From: Octopus sinensis
Lineage: Eukaryota
Assembly (NCBI RefSeq): GCF_006345805.1
Contig: NC_043005.1
Location: 28,086,001 to 28,119,000 of the forward strand
DNA: 33,000 bases
Direction of reading: 5' to 3'
The notes under the pieces were generated by a model. It was not told the origin of the DNA. It did no database searches and was given only the letters and a program-made list of their open reading frames with translations. Below, in pieces: positions 20,996 through 32,892 of the stretch (positions are counted from its first letter, which is position 1; every line of letters starts with the position of its first letter). A program made the translations under genes and the position numbers.

Positions 20996-21130
20996 TGTTC
21001 AAATTTACAGGAAACAAAAGACGAAGGCAGGTGTAGGAACAACAATCAGGTGTATTAGTTTAATGCTTGGGAAGAATGGAAAAGTCTTCTACGTTTTGAG
21101 CTTACGCTCTTCAACAGAGAGAGTTAAGAG
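20996..21130 (-). mobile_element. Penelope-like element terminal (pLTR-like) fragment with decayed hammerhead core
   Basis: Minus strand ctgttgaa GAGC gtaa GCTC aaaacgt followed by agaagacttttccattcttcc...taatacacctg. This follows the PLE-type CTG.NGAA...GAAACGT end signature. Confidence 0.5.
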
Positions 21131-21587
21131 ATTTATATACATGTTTACAGATGATGTGGGTTTGTGTCCCAACAGCTTTTGGTTTTTTTCTTATTCAAAA
21201 GGAATTTTCAACTCAATATTTACTTGCTACTATTTTTGTCCTTTAAAATACACTTCCCCACCACAAGCAAAAAACACTTATTTCACATTCTCTTGAAAGT
21301 TTATAAATTCTTATGATGTGAGCATTTAATTTTGTGGTATGTTTTTTCCACATCTTGACACCTTTTCTGATGCCAACCCTCTCCCGTTTACGTGTAAGGT
21401 CATGTTTTCCTCCTATCTACCAAAAGAGGTACTACTTTCACACACACATTACATGAAGGAATTTCCACCAACCAAGTTCACTCACAAGATTTCAGCAAGC
21501 CTGGGGCTATAAAGACACTCAAAGTGTTGCAAAGTAAGACTGAACCCAAAACCATGAGATTGAGTAGGGAACTTCTCATATATATAT

Positions 21588-22020
21588 TCTTTTATTCTTT
21601 TATTTGTTTCAGTCATTTGACTGCGGCTATGCTGGAGCACCACCTTTAGTCAAGCAAATCAACCCCAGGACTTATTTTTTGTAAGCCTAGTACTTATTCT
21701 ATTGGTCTCTTTTACCGAACCGCTAAATGGCGGGGACGTAAACACACCAGCATTGGTTGTCAAGCGATGTTGGGGAGACAAACACAGACACACAAACATA
21801 TACATACATACATATATATATATACTATACACACACACACACTCATATATATATATACAACGGGCTTCTTTCAGTTTCTGTCTACCAAATCAACTCACAA
21901 GGCTTTGGTCAGCCTAAGGCTATAGTAAAAGACACTTGCCTAAGCTGCCATGTAGTGGGACTGAACCCGGAATCATGTGGTTGGTAAGCAAGCTACTTAC
22001 CACACAGCCACTCCTGTGCC
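21588..22020 (-). mobile_element. Full-length CORE-type SINE family B with internal microsatellite
   Basis: tRNA head (gtggctgtgtggtaag...gggttcagtccc), CORE-like aggcaagtgtctt, internal (TA/CA)n, and 3' gactgaaacaaataaaagaataaaaga tail. Confidence 0.92.
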
Positions 22021-22483
22021 TATAATATATATTTTAGACACACAGACATATCCATATTTTTTTTAATGTATGAAAGTACCTGTTTATTTCCTGTGTGAAG
22101 GAAATGAATCTTGTTTTATAAATGAACTCTATAATGTGAAAAAGATTTTTGTGTTTTTTGTAAACAAAGAAATAACTTATGGTTAAATAATGAGTGAGAA
22201 ATTACTCCTTTACAAATACAAACTTCCTTTTTTCACAAAAGTACAAACTTTAGAAATTTCTTTCACTTTGATATTAGAAGTAATGTTGTAACAGAAGAGG
22301 AAAGCTGGGAATGATAAACTTCCAGGAAAACATGGAAATCTTCTCCATGAAATTAAACAATTCTAAAAAATGGATTGGTATTGAGGTCAGCAGAAAACAA
22401 CATAATGGTGTGATTTATGAAAAAAATCTATGACTCTGCATGCTGATTCAAATTTATTTAATTGTATCTGACTTAGTGAAAAT

Positions 22484-22850
22484 GCATGGCTTAGTAGTTT
22501 GAGAGTTTGGCTCGTGATCATCATGTTGTGGGTTCAATTCCAGGACTGGATGGTGATTTTATCCTTGAGTTAGGCATTTCATTTCATGTTGCTGAAAATG
22601 CGTATCAGCTGAATGCTAATGCAATTCTCTCCCTCTCTCTCTCTCTAGTTGTTTCCCATCCTCTAACTTAACAAAACATCCAGGATGTTGCGCTAAGTCA
22701 AAGCATGGGAGAGTCAAGAGGCTGTCTCATCTGCTCATGACTACATAGACACCTAAAACAGTTAGCAAAGTCACGAGATATGCCACCAAGCCATGCTTGT
22801 TTACAAGTAACAGCTAGCTCTGGTAGTATACCTGATCTAAAATTAACTAA
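22484..22850 (+). mobile_element. Old CORE-like SINE (family C-like)
   Basis: gcatggcttagtag...gtgggttcaattccagg...ttatccttgagttaggcatttcatttcatgttgct. The 3' boundary is approximate. Confidence 0.5.
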
Positions 22851-23371
22851 AACTATATTAATTTTTGTCAAATATTTCTATCTATTTCTATCAATTTCAA
22901 CATTTTGCTTTTTCAATTCTTACCAAAGGTAATATAATTAATAAGGCTCTAATCAGTTTGTTCTGATGGGATATGTATTCATGTCAAAACAATACTGGCT
23001 GCAAATATTAAGTGAGTAAATATTATAGTTGAAATAAAATGAAATTAAGTATTGAGAAAGAATATGGTGTGTCTTAATGAAGAAGAAATTTCTTGCAATA
23101 CTTTGACTCATGCAAAAACAAAAAAGAAACAAAAAAAACAGAACAACCAAAAAGAAACAAGTTAACAACTAAAGTCTATGAAATTTTGACTAGAAACTCA
23201 GATTCCATTTGTTTTTTTCTTTACTCTGACTTTCAATATTCCAAGGCTGATAAAATCATAACCCATCAGATATGGTGGTCAATTTAATTGACAAGATCCG
23301 TGCCCATCAAATTTGTAGTCTTTTACTTGGCATAATTAATATATCAACAAAATTCCTCATTGTGTTTGCTT

Positions 23372-23730
23372 ACGTCTCTCTGTATTCTGAGTTCAAATTC
23401 TGCTAGGTTTGATAAAATATAGTACCAGTTAAGTGCTGGAGTCTAACATCCTCCTCAAAAATTGTTGGCATTGTTTCTAAATTAGAAACAATTATCATTA
23501 TTGTTACTACTACTACTACTGCTGCTGCTGCTACTACTACTACTACTACTACTACTATCTGGTTCTCTGTTCTGATACTTCGCATTCTGAGTTCAAACTC
23601 CACTGGAGTTAACTTCACTTTCATCCTTTCAGGGTTAATAAATTAAGTACCAGTGAAACATTAGAGTTGATATAATCAACTTATCCCCTCCCCCAAAACT
23701 GCTGCCCTTGTGGCAAAATTTGAAACCATT
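23372..23730 (+). mobile_element. Two SINE family A fragments separated by a (CTA/CTG)n microsatellite (23505-23556)
   Basis: attctgagttcaaattc...agtaccagtt (23385-23480) and attctgagttcaaactcc...taaattaagtaccagt...gtggcaaaatttgaaacc (23586-23728). Confidence 0.75.
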
Positions 23731-23741
23731 ATTATTGTTGA

Positions 23742-23774
<33 letters not shown>

Positions 23775-23798
23775 CATTATTATTATTATTATTATCAT

Positions 23799-24334
23799 CA
23801 CTGAGTGAGAAAGCAGTGCATGCCATCAAAGTGGCAGTGGGGTAAAATGTACGAAGCCCAGTATACCCATCATGACTACCCATCTGATAAGGGTACACCA
23901 GGCACATGCATCACAACCATATGTACGCATCAAGATAAACAGCACATAACCTTGCAGATGGGGCCCAGTTAGAATTTTCTTCAGGTCGAGTAGCCCATCC
24001 TGCTAAAAAGATTCCTAAATAAGGGTTGTTTAAGGATGTTGAACAAAACACCCCTGTTTCCAAAGGTGAATTATCCAAACCCCAAAGAATTCCTCTCAAC
24101 AGATGGCTATGATGCTCCCCCACTACTTCTGCTCATGATCAAAGATGCACATATCGTCAGCCACCAAGGGACTTTTCTCAAGTAGTTACAGTCAAACAAC
24201 TGATAAGCAAATCTGTGGCATTAAGCAGAATATTTGCTGTATTTGCCCATCAAATACAAAACAATCATGATAGCACTTCCAATTAGTTAAGATCAGAAGC
24301 CATGAGAGCCAATGCCTGATACTGTATTAGGGCA
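23799..24334 (-). mobile_element. About 536-bp non-coding interspersed element flanked on both sides by (ATT)n
   Basis: Complex non-coding block between (ATT)n at 23728-23798 and 24335-24407, with no TIRs or Pol III boxes. I recall it resembling an abundant octopus repeat, but this is not verified. Confidence 0.55.
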
Positions 24335-24349
24335 TTTATTATCATTATT

Positions 24350-24408
<59 letters not shown>

Positions 24409-25619
24409 AAAGGCAATATGGTATTTAGTCATGTCTCTGTATGTTCTTAGTTCAAATCTTGTTGACAGCATCTTTCCTGAGTCAATAGAAATCCATGTGT
24501 GTCTTGTGCCTGTATGAGAAATCATAATTATTAAAGATAGTTACTTGTTGCTTTTGTTGTTGTTGTTGTTTTAAAATAAAACTGAACTACTATTTTAAAT
24601 GAGTCAGTTTATATGAATAACCTTTTTTTTTTTTAATATTTCAATAATGTCAAATGACATCATTGCATCAACAACAGGCGACAAATATCTCACAATATAA
24701 TTTGCCATTTACTTTCAATTAGTTTTCCTCAACTGAGGGGAAGGAAAAAGAAAAAAACAGATCGGCTTGTCAAATTTTAATATGAGGAGAGAGTAAGTGA
24801 GAGAGAGGGAGAAAGAAAGAATGTGAGAAAGAGTTAAAAAGGACACATGCAGAGAGAGAGAGAGAGAGACTAAAAGACAGATAAGCATTCAGACAAATTT
24901 ACATCATTTCACAATGTTTCTGTTATGAAGATAACGGTGAAATTATATTCATTTCAAATTCTTCAACTGCATGTTTTGAATTTTTCGGAAGTGAGGAAAA
25001 GAAGAGCTTTATCTAATTGCATAGGTGCAACTAGATTTTTTTTTTTATGGAATGGTTGACTAAGACTGTTAACATCTCTCAATTACAATGTCTTCTTCAG
25101 TTGTTGACATCAATCCGTCCATCCATACATACATACAAACATACATATTCGTACATACGTAGATGTGTATAAATACATGTACATGTATGTAAATAGGGTC
25201 AAAACAACTGATGCTCCACACTAGCAATATCTTAATTCTTTCTATAACGAAATCAAACTACATTCAAATGAAGGAGTAGAAGAGGTTAGAAATACAATAT
25301 CTGTGGAGGTGGTGGGCTTTTATCTCCCCACTACTAATATAAACAAGAGTCCAATTTGCACCAAAAAGCCAATGAGTGTTTCGCTCATGGTAACTAGCAC
25401 AGTATAGTTTGTTCTAATAACAGTCGTTCCCAAAGTGAGCAGTATTGCCCCTACCCTCGGGTGGCAATAATGAAGAAAAGTGGTGCAATAATGGGGTAAC
25501 GATTCATGTAAAAACAACAAAATAATGGGTTCGTTGTGTTAAGTCTTATTTGTGGAATACAGTTGCTTTGAATTTGCTTCAGAAAGAGGTCTATATTTGT
25601 GATGGTTAGTTGAGGTGGG

Positions 25620-25910
25620 GGTGTCCCCTACCACTAAAACTGCTGGCCTTGTGCCAAAATTAGGAAGAATTATTATGCATTTCCCTGCTTTTACTCATAC
25701 TGAGGTGGCAGAGTTGCTAGAGCATTGGTAAAATGCTTTGTGGTATTTCTTCCATCTCTATCATCTGAGTTTAAATCTCGTCATGGTCAGCTTTGCCTTT
25801 TGTTCTTCCAGGGTTGGTAAAATAAAGTACCAATCTAATGCTGAGTTCAATAGCATTGATTAACTTTCTCTCAAATTTGCTGGCCTTGGACCTATAGCCA
25901 AAACCATTAT
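25620..25910 (+). mobile_element. SINE family A 3' fragment plus an old near-full copy
   Basis: tgctggccttgtgccaaaatt (25640), then ggtggcagagttgctag...ctgagtttaaatc...aaataaagtacc...tttgctggcctt. Confidence 0.7.
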
Positions 25911-26199
25911 TACATGTTTTACTAAAGTATATCTCAAGAATTAGTAAAATATGGGCCATGGTTCACAAGCTGGCTCTTGGGTGTCGTTTATAGTCTTCAA
26001 ATTTTTTCAAAAAATTTTCAAATTTAATGTATTTGTGGGCCATCAAGCAGTTGATGGCATCTATATAGTCTTTTGTGTTATGATTCATTTAATTTTTACT
26101 TACATATGCATTACCAGGGATGGAAATAAAAGGAAATGGGAAGAGTATTTTATATATAAGACATGGTATAATGCACAAATGGACCCTAGGCAATTGCTA

Positions 26200-26500
26200 A
26201 AGAAAAATAAAAGTTGGTCATTACAAAAAGAAATTGTAGGTTCTTTGCTGTGTCTGATTCCAAATATCTCATGATATAAATGAGTCAGAATGACTTGAAG
26301 AAAGGTGAATGGAAGGAGTTTCCCAATACCTCAAAGTTAAGATTATTGGCAATGGATTTTAATGTAATTATATTGAATTAACCACATAAGGAGATGGTCT
26401 GTAGGCAGGTAAAATCATGACTTGACAGGATAAAATTTGGTATCTATTTACACCTCTTTATGATCTGATTTCAAATCACTTCAACACTGATAAAATAAAA
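26200..26500 (+). mobile_element. Possible decayed L1/Tx1-like APE endonuclease fragment
   Basis: Pieces SLLCLIPN, LLAMDFNVII (GDFN-like), KS*LDRI and SDFK appear in APE motif order, but are heavily degenerate. Confidence 0.3.
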
Positions 26501-27247
26501 CTTGTTACATCAAACAACCAGCCATACTTCAGTATAGATGATACAACCGTTCACTTAGACTTGAATTTTTTGACACAGAGACAAACCATATTAACCTCAA
26601 CACATGAAACCAAACTACACTGAACCTGTAGACAGGGACCTAGACAAAATTCTTCAATGAGCTCACAACATTTTACTTTCTCTCAAAAGCACAATCACTT
26701 CATGGGTGTCTGGTCAAAAAGTTTACTTTGCAGCCACAAGGTTCTTGCCAAGCGATACTTTATATGTATTAAAAAAACAAAAAAAACAATATGCACTTCA
26801 AAGTCCTTTGCGAATGTTTTGCACTGAGTTACAAATATTCCTGCCATCAAATACACAATAAACCAGTAATTTGTTGTAGCTAATGATGTCATTGATCCGC
26901 AATTATGATATAAAATAAATTTTGAAAAGTTACCAATGAACCAGTCACGTATTGATGACACTATATATATATATCAAAAGTTCTCAAATTGACAAATGCC
27001 AGCCCCTATTCTGCCTACAAAAAATTAATGAAAGCTTTTGGTAGTCTCCTCTTTATTAATAAGAAGACAAAGTAAAGTTTTTACCCATTAAATCCTTCTT
27101 TCTTTGCCATGGTGCCAGACAAATTTAAAAAGTTGGAAGCCTTCCAAATTCAGAATAAAACGATTTGGGCAGAGATGTTTGGACAATTTGGCACAACTGA
27201 CTGGACATTCAGCCTGTTGTGACGACAGTGTTTTTTTGATGCTGGAG

Positions 27248-27282
<35 letters not shown>

Positions 27283-27539
27283 TATTCATGTAGTTTATTA
27301 ATTGAGCATAATTGACATAAACACTCTCCTTTTTCTCAAACACATAGAGAAATATGCTCACATGCATATTTCATGAGAGAGAGACGGGGAGAGAGAGAGA
27401 AGGAGAGAAACATTAAAATGTCTGATGTCAAATCAATCAGCATTGGCGCCAAAATGTCTCATACCCTCTCTGTTTTTCCAATCCTCACAGGGCTCTTCTT
27501 ATGAGAAACATTGATATATATAACTTCTCAAAACTCCAA

Positions 27540-27965
27540 TGCATAAACAAAGCCTGCTTACTACCTTTAGGGGCCAGAAAATACTTTCTCACTAATCAGT
27601 TGCTAATCCTCAAGACAGTACAAGACCTTTCATTAGAGTATTGTTCACATTTACTTGGCAGTGCTGCAACTGCTATGGATACTATTGTATCCATGGTTAC
27701 ATCCAAAAAGTTATTCTGCTTCTTCACTCTGTCTCTTATACCACAACTTTAGTGGCTTCGTTTCTTTGAGATATCCATGTGAGTACTCCTTTTACCAGGG
27801 AAATGCCAGACACAACCATTCCTTGCTTCATCACTTTCACTGAGTATTATTTCCCAAGCCCCACACTGAACATTCAGTCCTTTCTTTCAGATACTCTTCT
27901 GGCAGATATATTCCTGCAGATGCATTCCAATATCTCAGTATCGGCTGTTTGAATTGCATAGTCTG
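27540..27965 (+). mobile_element. Decayed CR1/L2/Jockey-group LINE, post-RT C-terminus
   Basis: KYFLTNQLLILKTVQDLSLEYCSHLLGSAA (compare LYKAQVRP.LEYCSH.W.GA), ASSLCLLY (compare ASLSLFYRY) and LFPKPHTEH, across several frames. Confidence 0.65.
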
Positions 27966-28243
27966 GTAACTCTTCAGTGTATGTGTGTGTGTGAGGACAG
28001 TCTTAGGTCATTCTTGTAAATGTTGCATCTATGGATTGCAATTATAGAGTCACATCATTTAATTTATAAATAGTGAAACACATGTAACATGTAATAAAGA
28101 AATACCAAGTTCACATATGTATGTATGTGTATGTGTGTCTGTGTGTGTGTGTGTGCATATGCACATGCATGTGTGAAGATGGCTCTGATTGAGACTTGGG
28201 TGCAGCTTGCATAAATTAAAGCAAAAGCCAAACATAATTACAA

Positions 28244-28460
28244 CAATAATGGTTTTGAATTTTGGCACAAGGTCAGCAAGTTCAGAGGAGGGGGTAAGTC
28301 TATTAGATTGATCCTCAGTGCGCAACTGGTACTTATTTTATTTTATCAACCATGAAACGTCACAAGGCAAAGTCAACTATGGTAGAATTTGAACTCAGAG
28401 CCCAAGGACAGATGGAATGCTGCTAAGCATTTTGCCCAGAATGCTAATGGTTCTGCCAAA
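28244..28460 (-). mobile_element. SINE family A
   Basis: ggttttgaattttggcacaagg...caactggtacttatttt...aaggcaaagtcaac...aatttgaactcaga...aagcattttgccc...ttctgcc. Confidence 0.85.
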
Positions 28461-28489
28461 TGATAACACTAAAAATGAACATATCGTAC

Positions 28490-28880
28490 AATAGTGGCAT
28501 GCAATAAGCACCATGCATGCGTGGGTTGTTGCCAGTGCTGCCCCTGACTGGCTCCCTGTGCCAGTGACACGTAAAAGCACCATCTGAATGTGGCCAATGC
28601 CAGCCACCCCTGTTCCAACTGGCTCCTGTGCTAGTGGCACATAAAAAGCACCATCCAGACGTGGCCGATGCCAGTACCACTTGACTAGCTCCCCTGCCAG
28701 TGGCACATAAAAATCACCCACTACTCTCTCAGAATGGCTGGCATTAGGAAAGGCATCCAGCTGTAGAAACATTGCTAGATCAGATTGGAGCCTGGTGCGG
28801 CTTCCTGGCTTGCCAGTCCCCAGTCAAACCATCCAACCCATGCCAGCATGGAAAACGGATTTTAAACGATGATGATGATG
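28490..28880 (+). mobile_element. 5'-truncated SINE with about 70-bp internal tandem repeats, V-domain-like motif and RTE-type (GAT)n tail
   Basis: Units agtggcac(g/a)taaaaagcacc start at 28493, 28563, 28633 and 28699. Then aggaaaggcatccagctgtagaaac, and aacccatgccagcatggaaaacgg...gatgatgatg. Confidence 0.8.
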
Positions 28881-29769
28881 TGCTCCGGTACACAACAACT
28901 CCTCAGAAAAGGTTACAAGAGGCAGCAGAAAGCAGACAAATATGTAAAGACAGACAGTAATGAAAGGTACAAGTACATGCATAGTGTGCAGAATAAAACA
29001 CAAAAATACATAAAAATGAACAACATTAAAAGAATCATAAAGAAGAAAGGGTGCATAGGTATGTGTGTGTGTGAGTACAAAATTTACAGTTTAGATAAAA
29101 TGTTTTTCAAATATGTGTGTATCTGTGTAATGGACATGATAATATTCTAAATATACTATATCTTATCATTGCTGCTATGATATGGAAGAATTTCATCTAA
29201 ATTGGTGATAGCTTCCTAAAACTGTATTTGCATACCACAACAATGTCACCATCTACAGTCAGCGAAGATTATGTTTGTTTTTTTTAATCTTGTAGTCAGA
29301 AGTGTTTCGTGACTCTTTAACCCTTTACAGGGCCTCTGAGAGTGATGAGAAGGTGGGAGGAAGTTATATTCAAACAAAAGGTCTGAGCTGAATATTTGCA
29401 ACAGTGGACTCTGTTAAAGACAGCTATGATTTACCTGTTTTACAAATTACTTTTTTCCGTTGAAATTAACTAAAATATAATTAATCCGTTCCAGCCCCTC
29501 AAACCACTCAAATTTAATTTTTAAAACAGAAAAGGTGTAGTTACAAGTAAAATGACAATTATAAAAAAGAGAATGCAAAAAAGGTATGTAAAGTGATTTT
29601 ATTAACTGAATTACTTTAAAAAATGGGACGATTTGCGTGCTAGTACTGCAGATTTCCACTCATACTTCATGAAAAAATTTGTACGAATCTCAGCTCATAC
29701 AGCAAATTACTTTTATATTGGGACACTTGTACAGTGAGGTTCTATTGTATTTTGTATGGAAATGTATGC

Positions 29770-29929
29770 AAGGTGTCGAGCTGGCAGAATTGCTGGTACG
29801 CTAGGCGAAATGCTTAGTGGTATTTCATCTGCTATTACGTTCTGAGTTCAAATTCCGCCAAGGTCAATTTTTCCTTTCATCCTTTCAGGGTCGATTAAAT
29901 AAGTACCAGTGATGCACTGGGGTCGATGT
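29770..29929 (+). mobile_element. SINE family A, 3'-truncated
   Basis: aaggtgtcgagctggcagaa...gttctgagttcaaattccgcc...ggggtcgatgt. Confidence 0.9.
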
Positions 29930-30097
29930 CTTGTTTACAAAAGTTTTGAATTAAAATCTTCCACCAAACCTTACTCACAATTTATGTTCCTAACGCTAGC
30001 TTAATGGTAACTAAGTTATTTTACTAAATACTTTGTTATATTAAAAATAATTGAGAGAAAAACAGAGCATCTCAAAATAATTACAGTAACAAAAGAG
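29926..30097. mobile_element. piggyBac-type MITE, one end deleted
   Basis: Reverse complement of 32232-about 32395. Ends gtaacaaaagag followed by TTAA (30098-30101). Confidence 0.85.
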
Positions 30098-30184
30098 TTA
30101 AGAAATTCTAGGTTATGTTGGTGTCTCTTGCTGTAGTAAACTATAGCACACAACCACTGGATTTATATATATAGATATATATAA

Positions 30185-30475
30185 AAAGAAAAGCAGATTT
30201 AGTGCCAGAAGAAACAGAAGCACAAACAGATTATCAGCTTGGAATATTCCCTTTGAAAATAGTTATAACATTGGAAACATTTGGTATACTTTCAATGATA
30301 AGTGTGAGGATTGCTCAACAGGTTTTTGTAAGTCTACAAATGACTGCAAGTAAGACAGCAGGCATTTTTGCCAAGTGCAATGACTTCAGCACCATGAGTG
30401 AGAAATAGAATCAACTGCCTTTCTGTAATCAAGCCATTCTCTCTAAAGAAAAGTTTCTGCAATGTTTTCTTCATT
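30185..30475 (-). mobile_element. Reverse-transcriptase fragment of an R4/Dong/NeSL-like RLE LINE
   Basis: WLDYRKAVDSISHSW ... KGIFQADNLFVLLFLLALN match the RT motifs WLDY.KAFDSVPHSW and GIFQGD.LS.LLF.L.LN. Confidence 0.8.
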
Positions 30476-30484
30476 TGAATAGCA

Positions 30485-30823
30485 CATGTATGTGTGTGTA
30501 TGAATTTGTAGATATGTATGTGCATGTCTTTGTATGTATGTGTGTATATATGTGCTTGTGTGTTTGTGTATGGGTGTGTGTATGTCTAGATATATATATG
30601 CATAAATCTGTATGTGCATATGTGTATGTCCTGTGTGTATGTGTGATATGAGGCCTGTGAAATAAAGGGGAAAAACAGCCAGAAATGATGAGTGAACAAG
30701 TTGTGAAGAAACAAGAGAAGCCAAGAAGAAAAAACAAGAAGATATGTAGATATCATATATCATATATATGCATATGTCTGCACATTTGTGTGTGTGTATG
30801 TATGTGTCAGTGTGTGTGTATAT

Positions 30824-30855
<32 letters not shown>

Positions 30856-31196
30856 ATATATATATACATACACACACATATATATATATCAATATATAAT
30901 ATATATATATATATATATCTATACACACAAACACATACACACACACACACACACACACACCACACACACCTATCTATATGTATATAGATATATATATATA
31001 CACACACATACATATTATATATACATATATATGTGTGTGTGTGTGCGCATGTATGTATAGATATATATGTTTAGATATATATGTATGTGTATATATATAT
31101 ATGTGTATATATATGTGTATAAATATATGTATATATATATAATATATATATATATTATATATATATATGTATATATTATATATATATATATATATA

Positions 31197-31256
<60 letters not shown>

Positions 31257-31416
31257 ATATATATATATATGTATATAGATATATGTATATATATATATGT
31301 GTGTGTGTATATATATGTATATATATATATGTGTGTATATATATATATATATATGTGTGTATATATATATGTGTATATATAATATATATATATTATATAT
31401 ACACATATATATATAT

Positions 31417-31448
<32 letters not shown>

Positions 31449-31507
31449 TAATATATATATATATATATGTATATATTATATATATATTATATATATATAT
31501 ATATCTG

Positions 31508-31564
<57 letters not shown>

Positions 31565-31635
31565 GTATATATATATATATGTATATAGATATATGTATAT
31601 ATATATGTGTGTGTGTATATATATGTATATATATA

Positions 31636-31666
<31 letters not shown>

Positions 31667-31808
31667 GTGTATATATATATGTGTGTATATATATATATAA
31701 TATATATATACACATATATATATATACACACACATATATATATATATATATAATATATATATATATAATATATATATATATACATGCATATATATACATA
31801 CATACATG
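30485..31808. repeat. About 1.3-kb compound TA/TG/CA microsatellite (interrupted at about 30640-30760) containing a duplicated 307-310-bp unit
   Basis: Landmarks recur: ctg at 31198/31505, gtatatagat at 31271/31581, acacat at 31401/31710. Confidence 0.95.
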
Positions 31809-32231
31809 ATAGTAAGTTGATAAGTTTGGTCGGTGGGTAGATAGGATGTAAATGGAATTTGCTTAGGTTGTTATATAAGTTTTACAAGAAAGCAGAAATC
31901 TGTGTTAAGTATTTCTTAGATATGGTGTTATCTGGAAGTAGAGCATATCTAGATATGTTCTACTTGTTTGGTTGTTTGAAAAAAGCAGTACTCATTCAGT
32001 GGCAGTTTATATTTCTGCACTGACTTGAAAAAAAAGTTAATGGACGGTCATAACTATTTCTCAACAGAAAATCAAAGTGGACACTAACTTGTTCGGATTT
32101 TTATTTGTGTGTGTGTGTGTGTGTGTGTGTGTATGGTGGTGCTGAGGTTTGCATGTATGTGTGTGTGTGTGTTTGTGTTTGTGTGTGTGTAGAAAACACT
32201 GTCAGTGCAATATATGTAACATGTTGTTTAA

Positions 32232-32442
32232 CTCTTTTGTTACTGTATTTATTACTGTGTTTCTTTCCATTATTTAAAATATAACAAAGAATTTAGTAAA
32301 ATAACTTTGTTATTATTCAGTTAGTGTTAGGAACATAAATTGTGACTAAGGTTTCGTGGAAGATTTTAATTCAAAACTTATGAAAACAAGACATTTGTAC
32401 TCAGAGCCAGAAGTGGTTTCAGCCAGGTTTGTAACAAAAGGG
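32232..32442. mobile_element. Complete piggyBac-type MITE (211 bp)
   Basis: TTAA TSD at 32228-32231 and 32443-32446. TIRs ctcttttgttac / cccttttgttac (reverse complement of right end; 11/12). Confidence 0.9.
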
Positions 32443-32670
32443 TTAAACACCAGAAGCCGCAGTTTTTCATTCAAGTAAAATCCCTTTAAAGATGTTCGGT
32501 GTAATCATCCCAATAAAAGGAATTGTCTTGGTGGAAAACTGCTGCTTCTGCCATTTAAACAACACATGTACACATGTTTGTGTGTTGTATGTGTAAACTT
32601 CAGCGTACAAAAACATATATTTGTGTCTAACAATCTGACATAAAAATACAAATATATATTAATAATATAT

Positions 32671-32859
32671 GTGATTGTGTAGTAAGAAGGTTGTTTCCCA
32701 ACCACGTGGTTCTGGGTTCAGACCCACTTCATGGCACCTTGGGCAAGTGTCTTCTATTATATCCTCAGGATGACCAAAGCCTTGTGAGTGGATTTGCTAG
32801 ATGGAAAGTGAAAGAAGCCCGTCGTATACATACATACATATACACACACACACACACAC

Positions 32860-32892
<33 letters not shown>

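Noticed and set aside
27104-27220. Protein-like stretch MVPDKFKKLEAFQIQNKTIWAEMFGQFGTTDWTF
   Set aside because: Short, ends in a stop, has no convincing splice sites and no family was recognised.
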